Both the position numbers and the translations under genes were made by a program. This document shows positions 10,105 to 18,081 of a DNA stretch of 64,000 bases, in pieces (the first letter of the stretch is position 1; the number at the start of each line of letters is the position of its first letter). The stretch comes from an uncultured Pseudobdellovibrionaceae bacterium (lineage in GTDB: Bacteria; Pseudomonadota; Alphaproteobacteria; Micavibrionales; Micavibrionaceae): NCBI GenBank assembly GCA_964352675.1, contig CAYGSN010000004.1:51844-115843 (forward strand), read 5' to 3'. Below the pieces are notes generated by a model. The model saw only the letters and a program-made list of their open reading frames with translations, ran no database searches and was not told where the DNA came from.

Positions 10105-11397
10105 ATGACAGAGGCGGCAACTCCAGCGCCTGAAGTGGTTTCTGCGGAACAAGCGCGGGACCTTTACCGTGTTGGTGTTTTATCCTCTCTCAATCTCGAT
10201 CGCTCCCCAGATTTAAAGGGGTTTAGAAGCCCTGATGGAACGGGCATTGGAGATTCTTCCTACGATCCTGAACACCAGACATACCAGCTAAGCTTTCGCG
10301 TGCCAGGTAAAGAAGATGAACATTGGCGCCAATGTAATGTTGGCGAGGTTGATCCCGCGACCGGCAATGTAAAAATTGATCCGCGCGGCGTCTTGTATGA
10401 ACGGTGTGAAAAGGATGGCACTCTTTACATAGGTGAAAATGGCCCAGAACGCATTGCCATTCGGATTGGATCCCGCAATACGCCCGGTGATCTCGCGGAT
10501 GCAAGAGGTATTGTTGCTGGCGATAGAGATGTTCTTGATAAAGTATTCAAAGAGGGGAAAAGCTTTGGTGAGCATGTTGCCGCTTATATCTCTGCAAGCG
10601 CGGAAACAAGGGATGGCAATCAAGGTAAAATTATTGTTGGTGCACATTCGATGGGTGAAAACAGTGCAATTACGACTGCTGCTGCTATCAATGAACAACT
10701 TGGGCGCTCTCCTGATAATCAAGTTAACAGAGTTATTGCAGCGCCGCTTGGGCCTGGCCAAGCCTTAAAAGAGGGAGCAAGATTTATTGCAGAATCTCAA
10801 GGGGCTGAAGCTACGCCAGAGCGTATGCAAGCTATCATGGATACAATCGCAGACGATACGGTGATGACACGACCGAAAGTCTGGACGATCATTTCCGAAC
10901 TTCATGTTGGACCAGAAGGGTATGAAGGCGGAAATGATATGTATGGACAGCAGCTGAGCTACAGTCCAACAAACTACCGCAGTTTAATTTTAGGGGATGA
11001 GGATGATTTATTTCTTACATCTGATGAATTCAAAAACCTGAATGTTCTAAGCCACAATACACAAGCCATGGTGAATGGTATGCTTGCGCATGGATTGCAA
11101 GACGCTCTAGAGCCTCGGGAAATTTTTAATGCAACGCATAAACCAAAAGGCTGGACCAGAGATCAATCCCTTGCTTACACGGATGAATTTAATACAGAAG
11201 TCACAAAAGCAATGGATTTGAAAAACATCTTCACCATGGTTGTGCAATTGGTTGAGGATGTCGTGGATTGGCTCAAAGGTACAGATCCCGAAGAAACCGC
11301 ACGCCGCAGTTTTGAAGATCACGAAATACCAGAAGACCCATCCAGAAATGTTGTCGCCAGCATTGGAAACAACAATGTCTTGAACCCGGCAGCCTAA
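10105..11397 (+). CDS. hypothetical protein with lipase/esterase-type nucleophile elbow (GAHSMGE)
   Basis: 430 aa with no signal peptide seen. The only recognisable element is IIVGAHSMGENSA (G-x-S-x-G). ATG preceded by GAGGG. Stop overlaps the pdxT stop. Confidence 0.5.
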   Translation: MTEAATPAPEVVSAEQARDLYRVGVLSSLNLDRSPDLKGFRSPDGTGIGDSSYDPEHQTYQLSFRVPGKEDEHWRQCNVGEVDPATGNVKIDPRGVLYERCEKDGTLYIGENGPERIAIRIGSRNTPGDLADARGIVAGDRDVLDKVFKEGKSFGEHVAAYISASAETRDGNQGKIIVGAHSMGENSAITTAAAINEQLGRSPDNQVNRVIAAPLGPGQALKEGARFIAESQGAEATPERMQAIMDTIADDTVMTRPKVWTIISELHVGPEGYEGGNDMYGQQLSYSPTNYRSLILGDEDDLFLTSDEFKNLNVLSHNTQAMVNGMLAHGLQDALEPREIFNATHKPKGWTRDQSLAYTDEFNTEVTKAMDLKNIFTMVVQLVEDVVDWLKGTDPEETARRSFEDHEIPEDPSRNVVASIGNNNVLNPAA

Positions 11398-11975
11398 GCT
11401 GCTCTTTTCTTGAAATCTTTGAGCATTTCGATAAACGCCACATGCATCGGCGAGGGGAAATCGAGCGTAAGCTCTGGATGAAAGGTCGTGGCCATATAAT
11501 GCCCACGCGAAACCCAGGCGGGTGTGTTTTCATGGCTGGCGTGAACCGTAACACTGCCATCAACGGCGCGGATTTTTGGCGCGCGAATGAACGACACCGG
11601 ATAATCCTCCACCGCGCTGTGATGACTATCGATCTGTACACCATAAGCATTACGCTCGACCGTCATCGGCAGAAGGGCGAAGGATTTTTGCGCCGGACTG
11701 GTCACCGTTTCGGCCATTAAAATACAGCCTGCACACACGCCCCAGACCGGCTTGGCCGCAAACTGTTTGCTAAGCACATCCCATAAATCAAAGCGTTCAA
11801 TGAGTTTGAGCATCGTCGTGCTTTCCCCGCCAGGCAGGATGAAGGCATCAACTTCAGCAAATTGTTCAGGAGTCTTAACCGCACGGAATTCCGCACCTGC
11901 TGCTTCAATATGCGGCCTGTGCGGATTGACTGCGCCCTGTAATGCCAATATACCGATTGAGATATTTGAAGTCAT
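11394..11975 (-). CDS. pdxT: pyridoxal 5'-phosphate synthase glutaminase subunit PdxT
   Basis: GILALQGA, LPGGESTT, VWGVCAGCILM (catalytic Cys) and FHPE motifs. Confidence 0.9.
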   Translation of the reverse strand: MTSNISIGILALQGAVNPHRPHIEAAGAEFRAVKTPEQFAEVDAFILPGGESTTMLKLIERFDLWDVLSKQFAAKPVWGVCAGCILMAETVTSPAQKSFALLPMTVERNAYGVQIDSHHSAVEDYPVSFIRAPKIRAVDGSVTVHASHENTPAWVSRGHYMATTFHPELTLDFPSPMHVAFIEMLKDFKKRAA

Positions 11976-11979
11976 TTTT

Positions 11980-12423
11980 TTACTTTGTCAAAAATCCGAC
12001 TGAGGCAATACCCAGCATAATTCCTATGATCTTGTACAAATCCAGGCTTTCCCTGAAAACACCGAAACCGACCAGAGTGGTCAGGATCAGGCTGCCGATC
12101 AACCATACAGCATTGGTCCTCACCAGCCCTCCATATTTAACCGCGTAGAAAAACCCGAAATTCACCGCAGCCAGGCCAATGGCGCCGCATAAAAGAAGCA
12201 AAAGGATATTCCGGCTCAGATAAAGCGTTGCTTCAGGCTGGAACTGTTTATATGCACCAAAGGCAAAAAGGTGGATGACAAAAGTCATCAACATCAAGAC
12301 GCCCATAAACACAAAGACATTTGATCGTTCTGTCCCGATTTTCACCGCCACGTCATAGGCCACAATGCCTGCAATCGAAAGCCCCACAAAAATCGCCCAG
12401 ACAGCCGTGCTAGCCATTATCAC
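11980..12423 (-). CDS. small EamA/DMT-superfamily-like membrane protein
   Basis: 147 aa with 4-5 hydrophobic helices. The C-terminal RESLDLYKIIGIMLGIASVGFL resembles the end of EamA/SMR repeats. The first codon is GTG and overlaps the GNAT stop (GTGA). An ATG at 12417 is the alternative. Confidence 0.55.
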   Translation of the reverse strand: MIMASTAVWAIFVGLSIAGIVAYDVAVKIGTERSNVFVFMGVLMLMTFVIHLFAFGAYKQFQPEATLYLSRNILLLLLCGAIGLAAVNFGFFYAVKYGGLVRTNAVWLIGSLILTTLVGFGVFRESLDLYKIIGIMLGIASVGFLTK

Positions 12424-12896
12424 CCTTCCAGATTCCGCATAAAGTCCGGAACATCATCAATCCGCAAAATTTCAGATTGATAAAATGTTTTTGCGCCTAG
12501 TTTTTTATACCAATCAATTGAACGCGTATTATCAGCTACGGGCGGCAACATAATCCCGTATTTACCTTTAATAGCAATATTTGCGATATGGTTAAGTAAC
12601 GCTTTGCCAATACCCTGACCGCGATGATCCGGATGCGTGTAGAGATCCTGAATTGTGATCATCGATTTCGCCGTAAATGTCGCATCGGCCATATTGTAAT
12701 TTGCAAACCCAACAACATGAGAGTCCTGCTCAGCTAAAAGCGTAACACTATGGCCGCGCTCAATCATCGCCGCAATAGCATCGGCAGCAGTATTGAAAGG
12801 CAGTCCCTCATGCTCTGCTTTTTCTGCAAACATCTCATAAAGTATTTGCGCATCGGCGGGCGTGGCTTTGGCTTCACGAATTACGATCCCGGACAT
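12420..12896 (-). CDS. GNAT family N-acetyltransferase
   Basis: Acetyl-CoA motif A HRGQGIGKALLNH. ATG at 12896 forms TGATG with the pdxS stop. The ORF-track start at 12902 is TTG. Confidence 0.8.
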   Translation of the reverse strand: MSGIVIREAKATPADAQILYEMFAEKAEHEGLPFNTAADAIAAMIERGHSVTLLAEQDSHVVGFANYNMADATFTAKSMITIQDLYTHPDHRGQGIGKALLNHIANIAIKGKYGIMLPPVADNTRSIDWYKKLGAKTFYQSEILRIDDVPDFMRNLEG

Positions 12897-13810
12897 CACC
12901 AACCCCGATTGGCCATCAACATAGGCTCGTCAATCTCCGAGATCTCCGTCCCGCGCATCGCCACGCCGTCCAACTCCTTGGATGCCTCAAGCACGATCTT
13001 CGGATCATCATAATGCGCGGTGGCCTTAACGATGGCCTTGGCAAATTTCTCCGGGTTATCGCTCTTGAAAATACCGGAGCCCACGAACACCGTTTCCGCC
13101 CCCAGCTGCATACACAGCGCCGCATCGGCCGGGGTCGCAATGCCGCCCGCCGCAAAGTTCGGCACCGGCAGCTTGCCCAGCTCACGCACAACACGCAGCA
13201 GTTCAAACGGCGCACCCAGATCGCGCGCCGCGCTCATCAGCTCGGCCTCATCCATATTGCATACCCATTTAATCTCGGCATTGATCTGGCGCATATGGCG
13301 CACGGCCTCGACGATATTGCCTGTACCCGGCTCACCCTTGGTGCGCATCAGAGCTGCGCCCTCGCCAATCCGGCGCAGGGCCTCACCTAAATTCTTTGCA
13401 CCGCAAACGAACGGCACTTTAAAATCTTGCTTATTAATGTGGAATTCCTCATCCGCCGGGGTCAGCACTTCGGATTCATCAATGTAATCCACGCCGATCG
13501 CCTCAAGAATTTGCGCCTCGGCAAAATGCCCGATCCGGCATTTCGCCATCACGGGGATAGAGACGGACTTCATAATTTCCTCGATCAGCTCCGGCGGGCT
13601 CATCCGCGCCACGCCTCCAGCTTTTCTGATATCGCTCGGTACGCGCTCCAGGGCCATCACCGCCACCGCGCCCGCATCCTCGGCCACCTTGGCCTGATCC
13701 GCCGTGACCACATCCATGATTACCCCGCCCTTGAGCATCTCTGCCAGGCCGGTTTTCAGGTTGATTACAGTGCCATTTGCATTGGTTGCCGGAGTATTGT
13801 TCTTTGTCAT
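12896..13810 (-). CDS. pdxS: pyridoxal 5'-phosphate synthase lyase subunit PdxS
   Basis: 304 aa. [30 protein letters not shown] and GEPGTGN blocks are near-invariant PdxS/SNZ sequences. Confidence 0.95.
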   Translation of the reverse strand: MTKNNTPATNANGTVINLKTGLAEMLKGGVIMDVVTADQAKVAEDAGAVAVMALERVPSDIRKAGGVARMSPPELIEEIMKSVSIPVMAKCRIGHFAEAQILEAIGVDYIDESEVLTPADEEFHINKQDFKVPFVCGAKNLGEALRRIGEGAALMRTKGEPGTGNIVEAVRHMRQINAEIKWVCNMDEAELMSAARDLGAPFELLRVVRELGKLPVPNFAAGGIATPADAALCMQLGAETVFVGSGIFKSDNPEKFAKAIVKATAHYDDPKIVLEASKELDGVAMRGTEISEIDEPMLMANRGW

Positions 13811-13978
13811 TGCTTTGTTCCCTTAAAATATGCGCGCCATTTATGCATATATGGAGCAAAAATGCAAAGATTCAATGTACTACCAGTATTTGGGGAATAA
13901 ATACCTAAAGGCCGCAACACATAGGCCTCAAATGGCTTCACAAGGACGGATAGAGAAGATTTACAGCTTAAGGAGCGT

Positions 13979-14866
13979 TTATTCAGCAGCCAGCTTGGAA
14001 TAAATATCCTCGCGGCAAGTTTCGTCCATCAAACGGTCTTCCCAGTCATGGCGGATCAGGTCATCGGCCATTCTCTGTAAACGGCCCTGATCGGAAACAA
14101 TATCCCAGCAATGCGGGCGGCGATGGCGCATTGTATCGAGCACCTGTTTGATATTAAAAATAACCGGCTGCAGGCCGCCATGGGCTTTGACCTTCGGTCC
14201 TAACACACGGTAAGGAAAACCAATCTGGCGCAAGGATTCCAGATGCGCGGGTTCCACCATCCAGACACAATCCAAAATGCGGGCTTCCATCGCCGCCTCA
14301 AAGGCGCCCTGAAGAAGCGCAGCCTGCATATAGGGGATACGGCGGCGAACAAAGGTCATACCGTCCATGCGAAAACCGCCATGGACATCCTGGTCATGAT
14401 AGGCAGAGAGAAATGGCCCATCAGCCTCACGTTTGCGGAAGCGCGGCGCCGTACAGAATCGTGAAATCTCGCATAAAGACAAGGCGCGGGAATCATATTT
14501 CAACAAGGGATGATCACAATGCTGCTGCGCCGGAAAACTCTCTGCGGGGGAATCGTCATTCGGTAAAACCACACGCAATGTCCCAACAGTTTCACGCGTA
14601 AATTTATGCATCAAAATGTAATGCACCGAGCGCTCATCATAGAGATCACGCTCGATATAACTGCCATCTTCATGAGGATCTTCCACCCCGTGTTCTTCGC
14701 AGTAAACCTTGAAACGCAGGCCGAACGCCTTCTTCTTCAACGCAGCGGTATCGGCGCGGATGAGCTCAAAACGCTTATAATACGCTTGTAAAAAAGAACG
14801 ATGATTAAGCAATTCCATACAGTCTTCAAGCAAGGTCGTGACTGGACCCTTATGTGGTTGTGGCAT
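13979..14866 (-). CDS. GNAT-fold acyltransferase resembling the PEP-CTERM/exosortase-associated N-acyl amino acid synthase family
   Basis: FELIRADTAALKKKAFGLRFKVYCEEHGVEDPHEDGSYIERDLYDERSVHYILMHKFTRETVGTLRVVLP matches, from memory, the N-terminal pattern of TIGR03694-type or autoinducer-synthase-like acyltransferases. Needs an HMM check. Confidence 0.55.
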   Translation of the reverse strand: MPQPHKGPVTTLLEDCMELLNHRSFLQAYYKRFELIRADTAALKKKAFGLRFKVYCEEHGVEDPHEDGSYIERDLYDERSVHYILMHKFTRETVGTLRVVLPNDDSPAESFPAQQHCDHPLLKYDSRALSLCEISRFCTAPRFRKREADGPFLSAYHDQDVHGGFRMDGMTFVRRRIPYMQAALLQGAFEAAMEARILDCVWMVEPAHLESLRQIGFPYRVLGPKVKAHGGLQPVIFNIKQVLDTMRHRRPHCWDIVSDQGRLQRMADDLIRHDWEDRLMDETCREDIYSKLAAE

Positions 14867-15042
14867 TTCCCAAACCCTTTCTTTGGCGTCTCTATCATGT
14901 AACCATCATCATGCTAAAACCCCCGTGAAAGATTTTAACATTAATTACATAATAATTATACGATCAGAGCCGTTAATGCCTCGTATATTTTACGGCGCAG
15001 TTAAAACGTATTTGATTTAAATTCCGGGAGTTTACGCCGCCT

Positions 15043-15264
15043 CTAGCAGCACCCACCGCGCGGGTTTGTGGTGTCGTCCTCATCATCGTCATGATGGTTG
15101 CAATGCGGGCCATGGACATGCTTTTCGCCCTTTTCCTCATGGGAATGATCGTGGCCGTGATTACAATGCGGGCCGTGCACATGACCGCCCGCAATTCCCG
15201 TCCCTATTGGCATGGTTGAGGAGGATAACAGGCTTCTTTTAATCCAGTCGGTTTTCTTGCTCAT
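15043..15264 (-). CDS. small His/Cys-rich putative metal-binding protein
   Basis: 73 aa. The last 46 residues contain 12 His and 4 Cys, with HVHGPHCNH at residues 28-36 and 49-57, an acidic DDDEDD run and a terminal GGCC. The DNA repeat is visible (caatgcgggcc..g..catg twice). Confidence 0.55.
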   Translation of the reverse strand: MSKKTDWIKRSLLSSSTMPIGTGIAGGHVHGPHCNHGHDHSHEEKGEKHVHGPHCNHHDDDEDDTTNPRGGCC

Positions 15265-15335
15265 CTCTTGCTCTATCGCCTTTACGGGCGCTCCGTTTTG
15301 TGGTGTCTTATGCCTTTATACAACAAGGATCGAAG

Positions 15336-15566
15336 ATGAGTACAGATAAATTGAACGAAGCAATTGAAGCGGTTTACCAGTCCCTGGCCAATGATAACGA
15401 GGATATCGACCTGCACATCGCAAATCTGAAGGCCGTAATGAACGAGAAGGGCGAAAAAGAGGCCACATTCATCCCCGAACGCCTCAGCCAGAATAACCGC
15501 GCGGGCCGAAAAATGATGCAGGCCTATTTCAAAAAGCGCGGGGTAAAGGTTGTCTTTGCCTCTTAA
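15336..15566 (+). CDS. small hypothetical protein (76 aa)
   Basis: ATG at 15336 (MSTDKLNEAIEAVYQ...) with AAGGA upstream. Helical, charged composition. No known motif. Confidence 0.45.
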   Translation: MSTDKLNEAIEAVYQSLANDNEDIDLHIANLKAVMNEKGEKEATFIPERLSQNNRAGRKMMQAYFKKRGVKVVFAS

Positions 15567-16281
15567 AGAGCCCGCATTGCAGAAACAGGCGCCGCCGCCC
15601 ATGCCGCCCTATAACCCGCCCATGCACCGGGCGCTTTCGGTGGTATACATGGATGATGACCTGCTGGTGCTGTCCAAACCCTCGGGCCTGCTCAGCGTAC
15701 CGGGCCGTCATGCGGATTGTTACGACTCACTGGAGATCCGCGCGAAGAAAGCCTTTCCCGGCGCACTGCTTACCCACCGGCTCGATGGCGATACATCCGG
15801 CCTGATGGTCATGGCGCGCAACAAGCGGGCGCAAAGCCTGATCGGCAAGCATTTCCAGCGCCGCCTGATCGCCAAAACCTATATCGCGGTTGTCTATGGC
15901 CATGTGCAGGGCGAGAGCGGACTGATCGATCTGCCGCTGCGCTGCGACTGGCCAAACCGCCCGCGCCAGATGGTCTGTTATGAACATGGAAAACCATCCC
16001 AAACTGAATGGAAAGTGCTGGAGCGCGGGGTTTCGGAGGACGGCGTGCAATGGAGCCGGATGGAGCTCAAACCCCTGACCGGGCGCAGCCACCAGCTCCG
16101 CGTGCATATGCTCTCGCTTGATAAAGAAAATGGCGGCCACCCGATATTGGGCGATGAATTATATGCCGATCCTGTCGCGCTAAACGCCGCCCCGCGCATG
16201 TTGCTGCATGCACAAAGCCTGAGCCTCCATCATCCAAAGGATGGAGAACTGGTGACGTTTGAGGATAAGGCGGAGTTTTAG
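15550..16281 (+). CDS. RluA family pseudouridine synthase
   Basis: Catalytic motif HRLDGDTSGLMVMA, plus VVYMDDDLLVLSKPSGLLSVPG and GRSHQLRVH. The ORF-track start is TTG. The ATG at 15601 is an equally plausible start. Confidence 0.85.
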   Translation: MSLPLKEPALQKQAPPPMPPYNPPMHRALSVVYMDDDLLVLSKPSGLLSVPGRHADCYDSLEIRAKKAFPGALLTHRLDGDTSGLMVMARNKRAQSLIGKHFQRRLIAKTYIAVVYGHVQGESGLIDLPLRCDWPNRPRQMVCYEHGKPSQTEWKVLERGVSEDGVQWSRMELKPLTGRSHQLRVHMLSLDKENGGHPILGDELYADPVALNAAPRMLLHAQSLSLHHPKDGELVTFEDKAEF

Positions 16282-16290
16282 GTTTTTGAA

Positions 16291-16329
16291 CCAGACCACC
16301 TTGTTAATCCCGTGCACCTCGTTAATAAT
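16291..16329 (-). pseudogene. 13-codon remnant/duplicate of the guaA 3' region
   Basis: The reverse strand reads [13 protein letters not shown], against [13 protein letters not shown] in intact guaA (18124-18162). 32 of 37 nt are identical over 16293-16329 vs 18126-18162. That includes a perfect 20-mer ccgtgcacctcgttaataat (16310-16329 = 18143-18162). Confidence 0.7.
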
Positions 16330-16357
16330 CTTCATATTCCCAAAAAAACATCCATCT

Positions 16358-17155
16358 CTACGCATAGACAGGATTATAAAATAAATCATTATTTATTTTT
16401 TGGCGGCGCATATCTCGTAAATCAATCATGGAAAGCTTGCGATTCAAAAACTCTTTTGCGATCTCATCGTTAAAATCTCGATTGCGGGTATATCTCACTT
16501 CCAGATCTTTGTTTTGTTCAATTGGAGCCATATCTAAAATGCTGCGATCCTCAATTTTCTGAACCAAAGAGCTCTGCGCGGCTTTTACCGCACGCATCGT
16601 ATATTCAAATGGAGAGTGGTTATCTGGTTCCGGCAGTGCATGAAAAAGCATCCCGCCACTATCTAAACCTTTTGAGAGCATATGAATTGTAGAGCCAACC
16701 AAATGCGGATTATTATCATATAGCGCCCAAAAATTGCACGAAGACCCACGGTAGTAAGGAGAAACCCCCATATGGATATTAATCGCACGACTCTGCACCA
16801 AATCATCAACGAGCCAACCCTTAATATAGCTTGCTCCAAATACAACATATATATCGGAATCCAGTGCAGGTTCTAAAACGGCGCGCTCTACAAAATTCAA
16901 ATCTCCGCTTTTCAGATAAAGCGATTGCACATTATCTCCCAAAAATCCGATCTCTCCAAAAATCGATTTTTCTGCAGCCATAACATGCGCGAAGTAATCC
17001 TGCATCACGTCTGATTTTTTAAAAAAATCTGCAATTTTTCCTGGAAACACTGTGTTTCCCTCAATCACTGCGTAGCAAGAATCAGAAACTGCTGCCAAAG
17101 AACGAATGAGGCTAAGATGCCGTGGCTGATTACTTGTAAAGACCGTAATCTTCAT
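16358..17155 (-). CDS. formyltransferase-family protein
   Basis: AINIHMGVSPYYRGSSCNFWALYDNNPHLVGSTIHMLSKGLDSGGMLFH fits the Formyl_trans_N core (N-x-H ... D). Low-GC gene. ATGA overlap with the upstream deacetylase gene. Confidence 0.65.
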   Translation of the reverse strand: MKITVFTSNQPRHLSLIRSLAAVSDSCYAVIEGNTVFPGKIADFFKKSDVMQDYFAHVMAAEKSIFGEIGFLGDNVQSLYLKSGDLNFVERAVLEPALDSDIYVVFGASYIKGWLVDDLVQSRAINIHMGVSPYYRGSSCNFWALYDNNPHLVGSTIHMLSKGLDSGGMLFHALPEPDNHSPFEYTMRAVKAAQSSLVQKIEDRSILDMAPIEQNKDLEVRYTRNRDFNDEIAKEFLNRKLSMIDLRDMRRQKINNDLFYNPVYA

Positions 17156-18069
17156 GAGAGCTTCTTTATTATATTTGCATGATCTTCACGCGGGACTTCA
17201 TATGGTGATTTTATATCCTGAACCTCCATATTGGAACGAAACCCGATTTCAACGTTCAAAGATTTAAGGATGGAAATTGTATCATCGTTATAAGATCCGC
17301 AAGGGTGAGACATGGCCCAGATTTTTTGACCCGTTACATCCCGTAAAAAATTATAGTTCTGGATAAATTCTCTTTCTTGCTCCTCATAATTTAGAGCGCC
17401 CATCCTCATCGGATGAGAATGAGAGTGTAAGCCGACAACATTCCCCATACCAACCAAATCTTTCAAATGTTGCTCTGACATGAATAGCCTCTCCTTTGCA
17501 ACATGCTTATCATACTCATGAGTTGTCATCATATCATACATCAATGTCTTGTATTTTTCTGGACCTAAAACCATATCGCGCACATATCGAAACCGTCTAT
17601 CCATATCCGTATAAAAAGGAAAGCCACTCAAATAATCCGTGGGGTATGTCCCTTTATAGAATTGAAATTCTTCAGCGTCTTGTACTTGAAAAAGTTCAAA
17701 GAATTTTTGATAAAACTCCTCCAGAGATGCGAACTTTATGTGACGAAAATCCCTAAAAAACTCAAGATCGTCCGGCATATCTGTGAAAGCGCTGCTATAG
17801 ACAAAAAAATAAGCAAAAAGATTGCGTTTCTTTAAAACTGGAAGAGCCACATCTATTTGACATCTCAAGGCATCATCAAAACTAAGACAGGTTTCTTTGC
17901 CTGTAAGGCTTCCTTTTTTGATGCGCGCAGCAAACTCATACGGATTAATTAAATCATATTCAGAATCCAGATAATCTAACATGACCTCAAAATCAGAAGC
18001 ACTAATTGATCCCTGACCCGGAGCATGGAAATCATCGTGAAAATGGTGGAGCATGATCGCAAAACTCAT
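17152..18069 (-). CDS. polysaccharide deacetylase (NodB homology) family protein
   Basis: LSFDDALRCQ (Asp-Asp motif) and GLHSHSHPMRMG (His-His metal motif). Low GC. Starts 12 nt after the guaA stop. Confidence 0.7.
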   Translation of the reverse strand: MSFAIMLHHFHDDFHAPGQGSISASDFEVMLDYLDSEYDLINPYEFAARIKKGSLTGKETCLSFDDALRCQIDVALPVLKKRNLFAYFFVYSSAFTDMPDDLEFFRDFRHIKFASLEEFYQKFFELFQVQDAEEFQFYKGTYPTDYLSGFPFYTDMDRRFRYVRDMVLGPEKYKTLMYDMMTTHEYDKHVAKERLFMSEQHLKDLVGMGNVVGLHSHSHPMRMGALNYEEQEREFIQNYNFLRDVTGQKIWAMSHPCGSYNDDTISILKSLNVEIGFRSNMEVQDIKSPYEVPREDHANIIKKLS

Positions 18070-18081
18070 CAGAAAATACTC

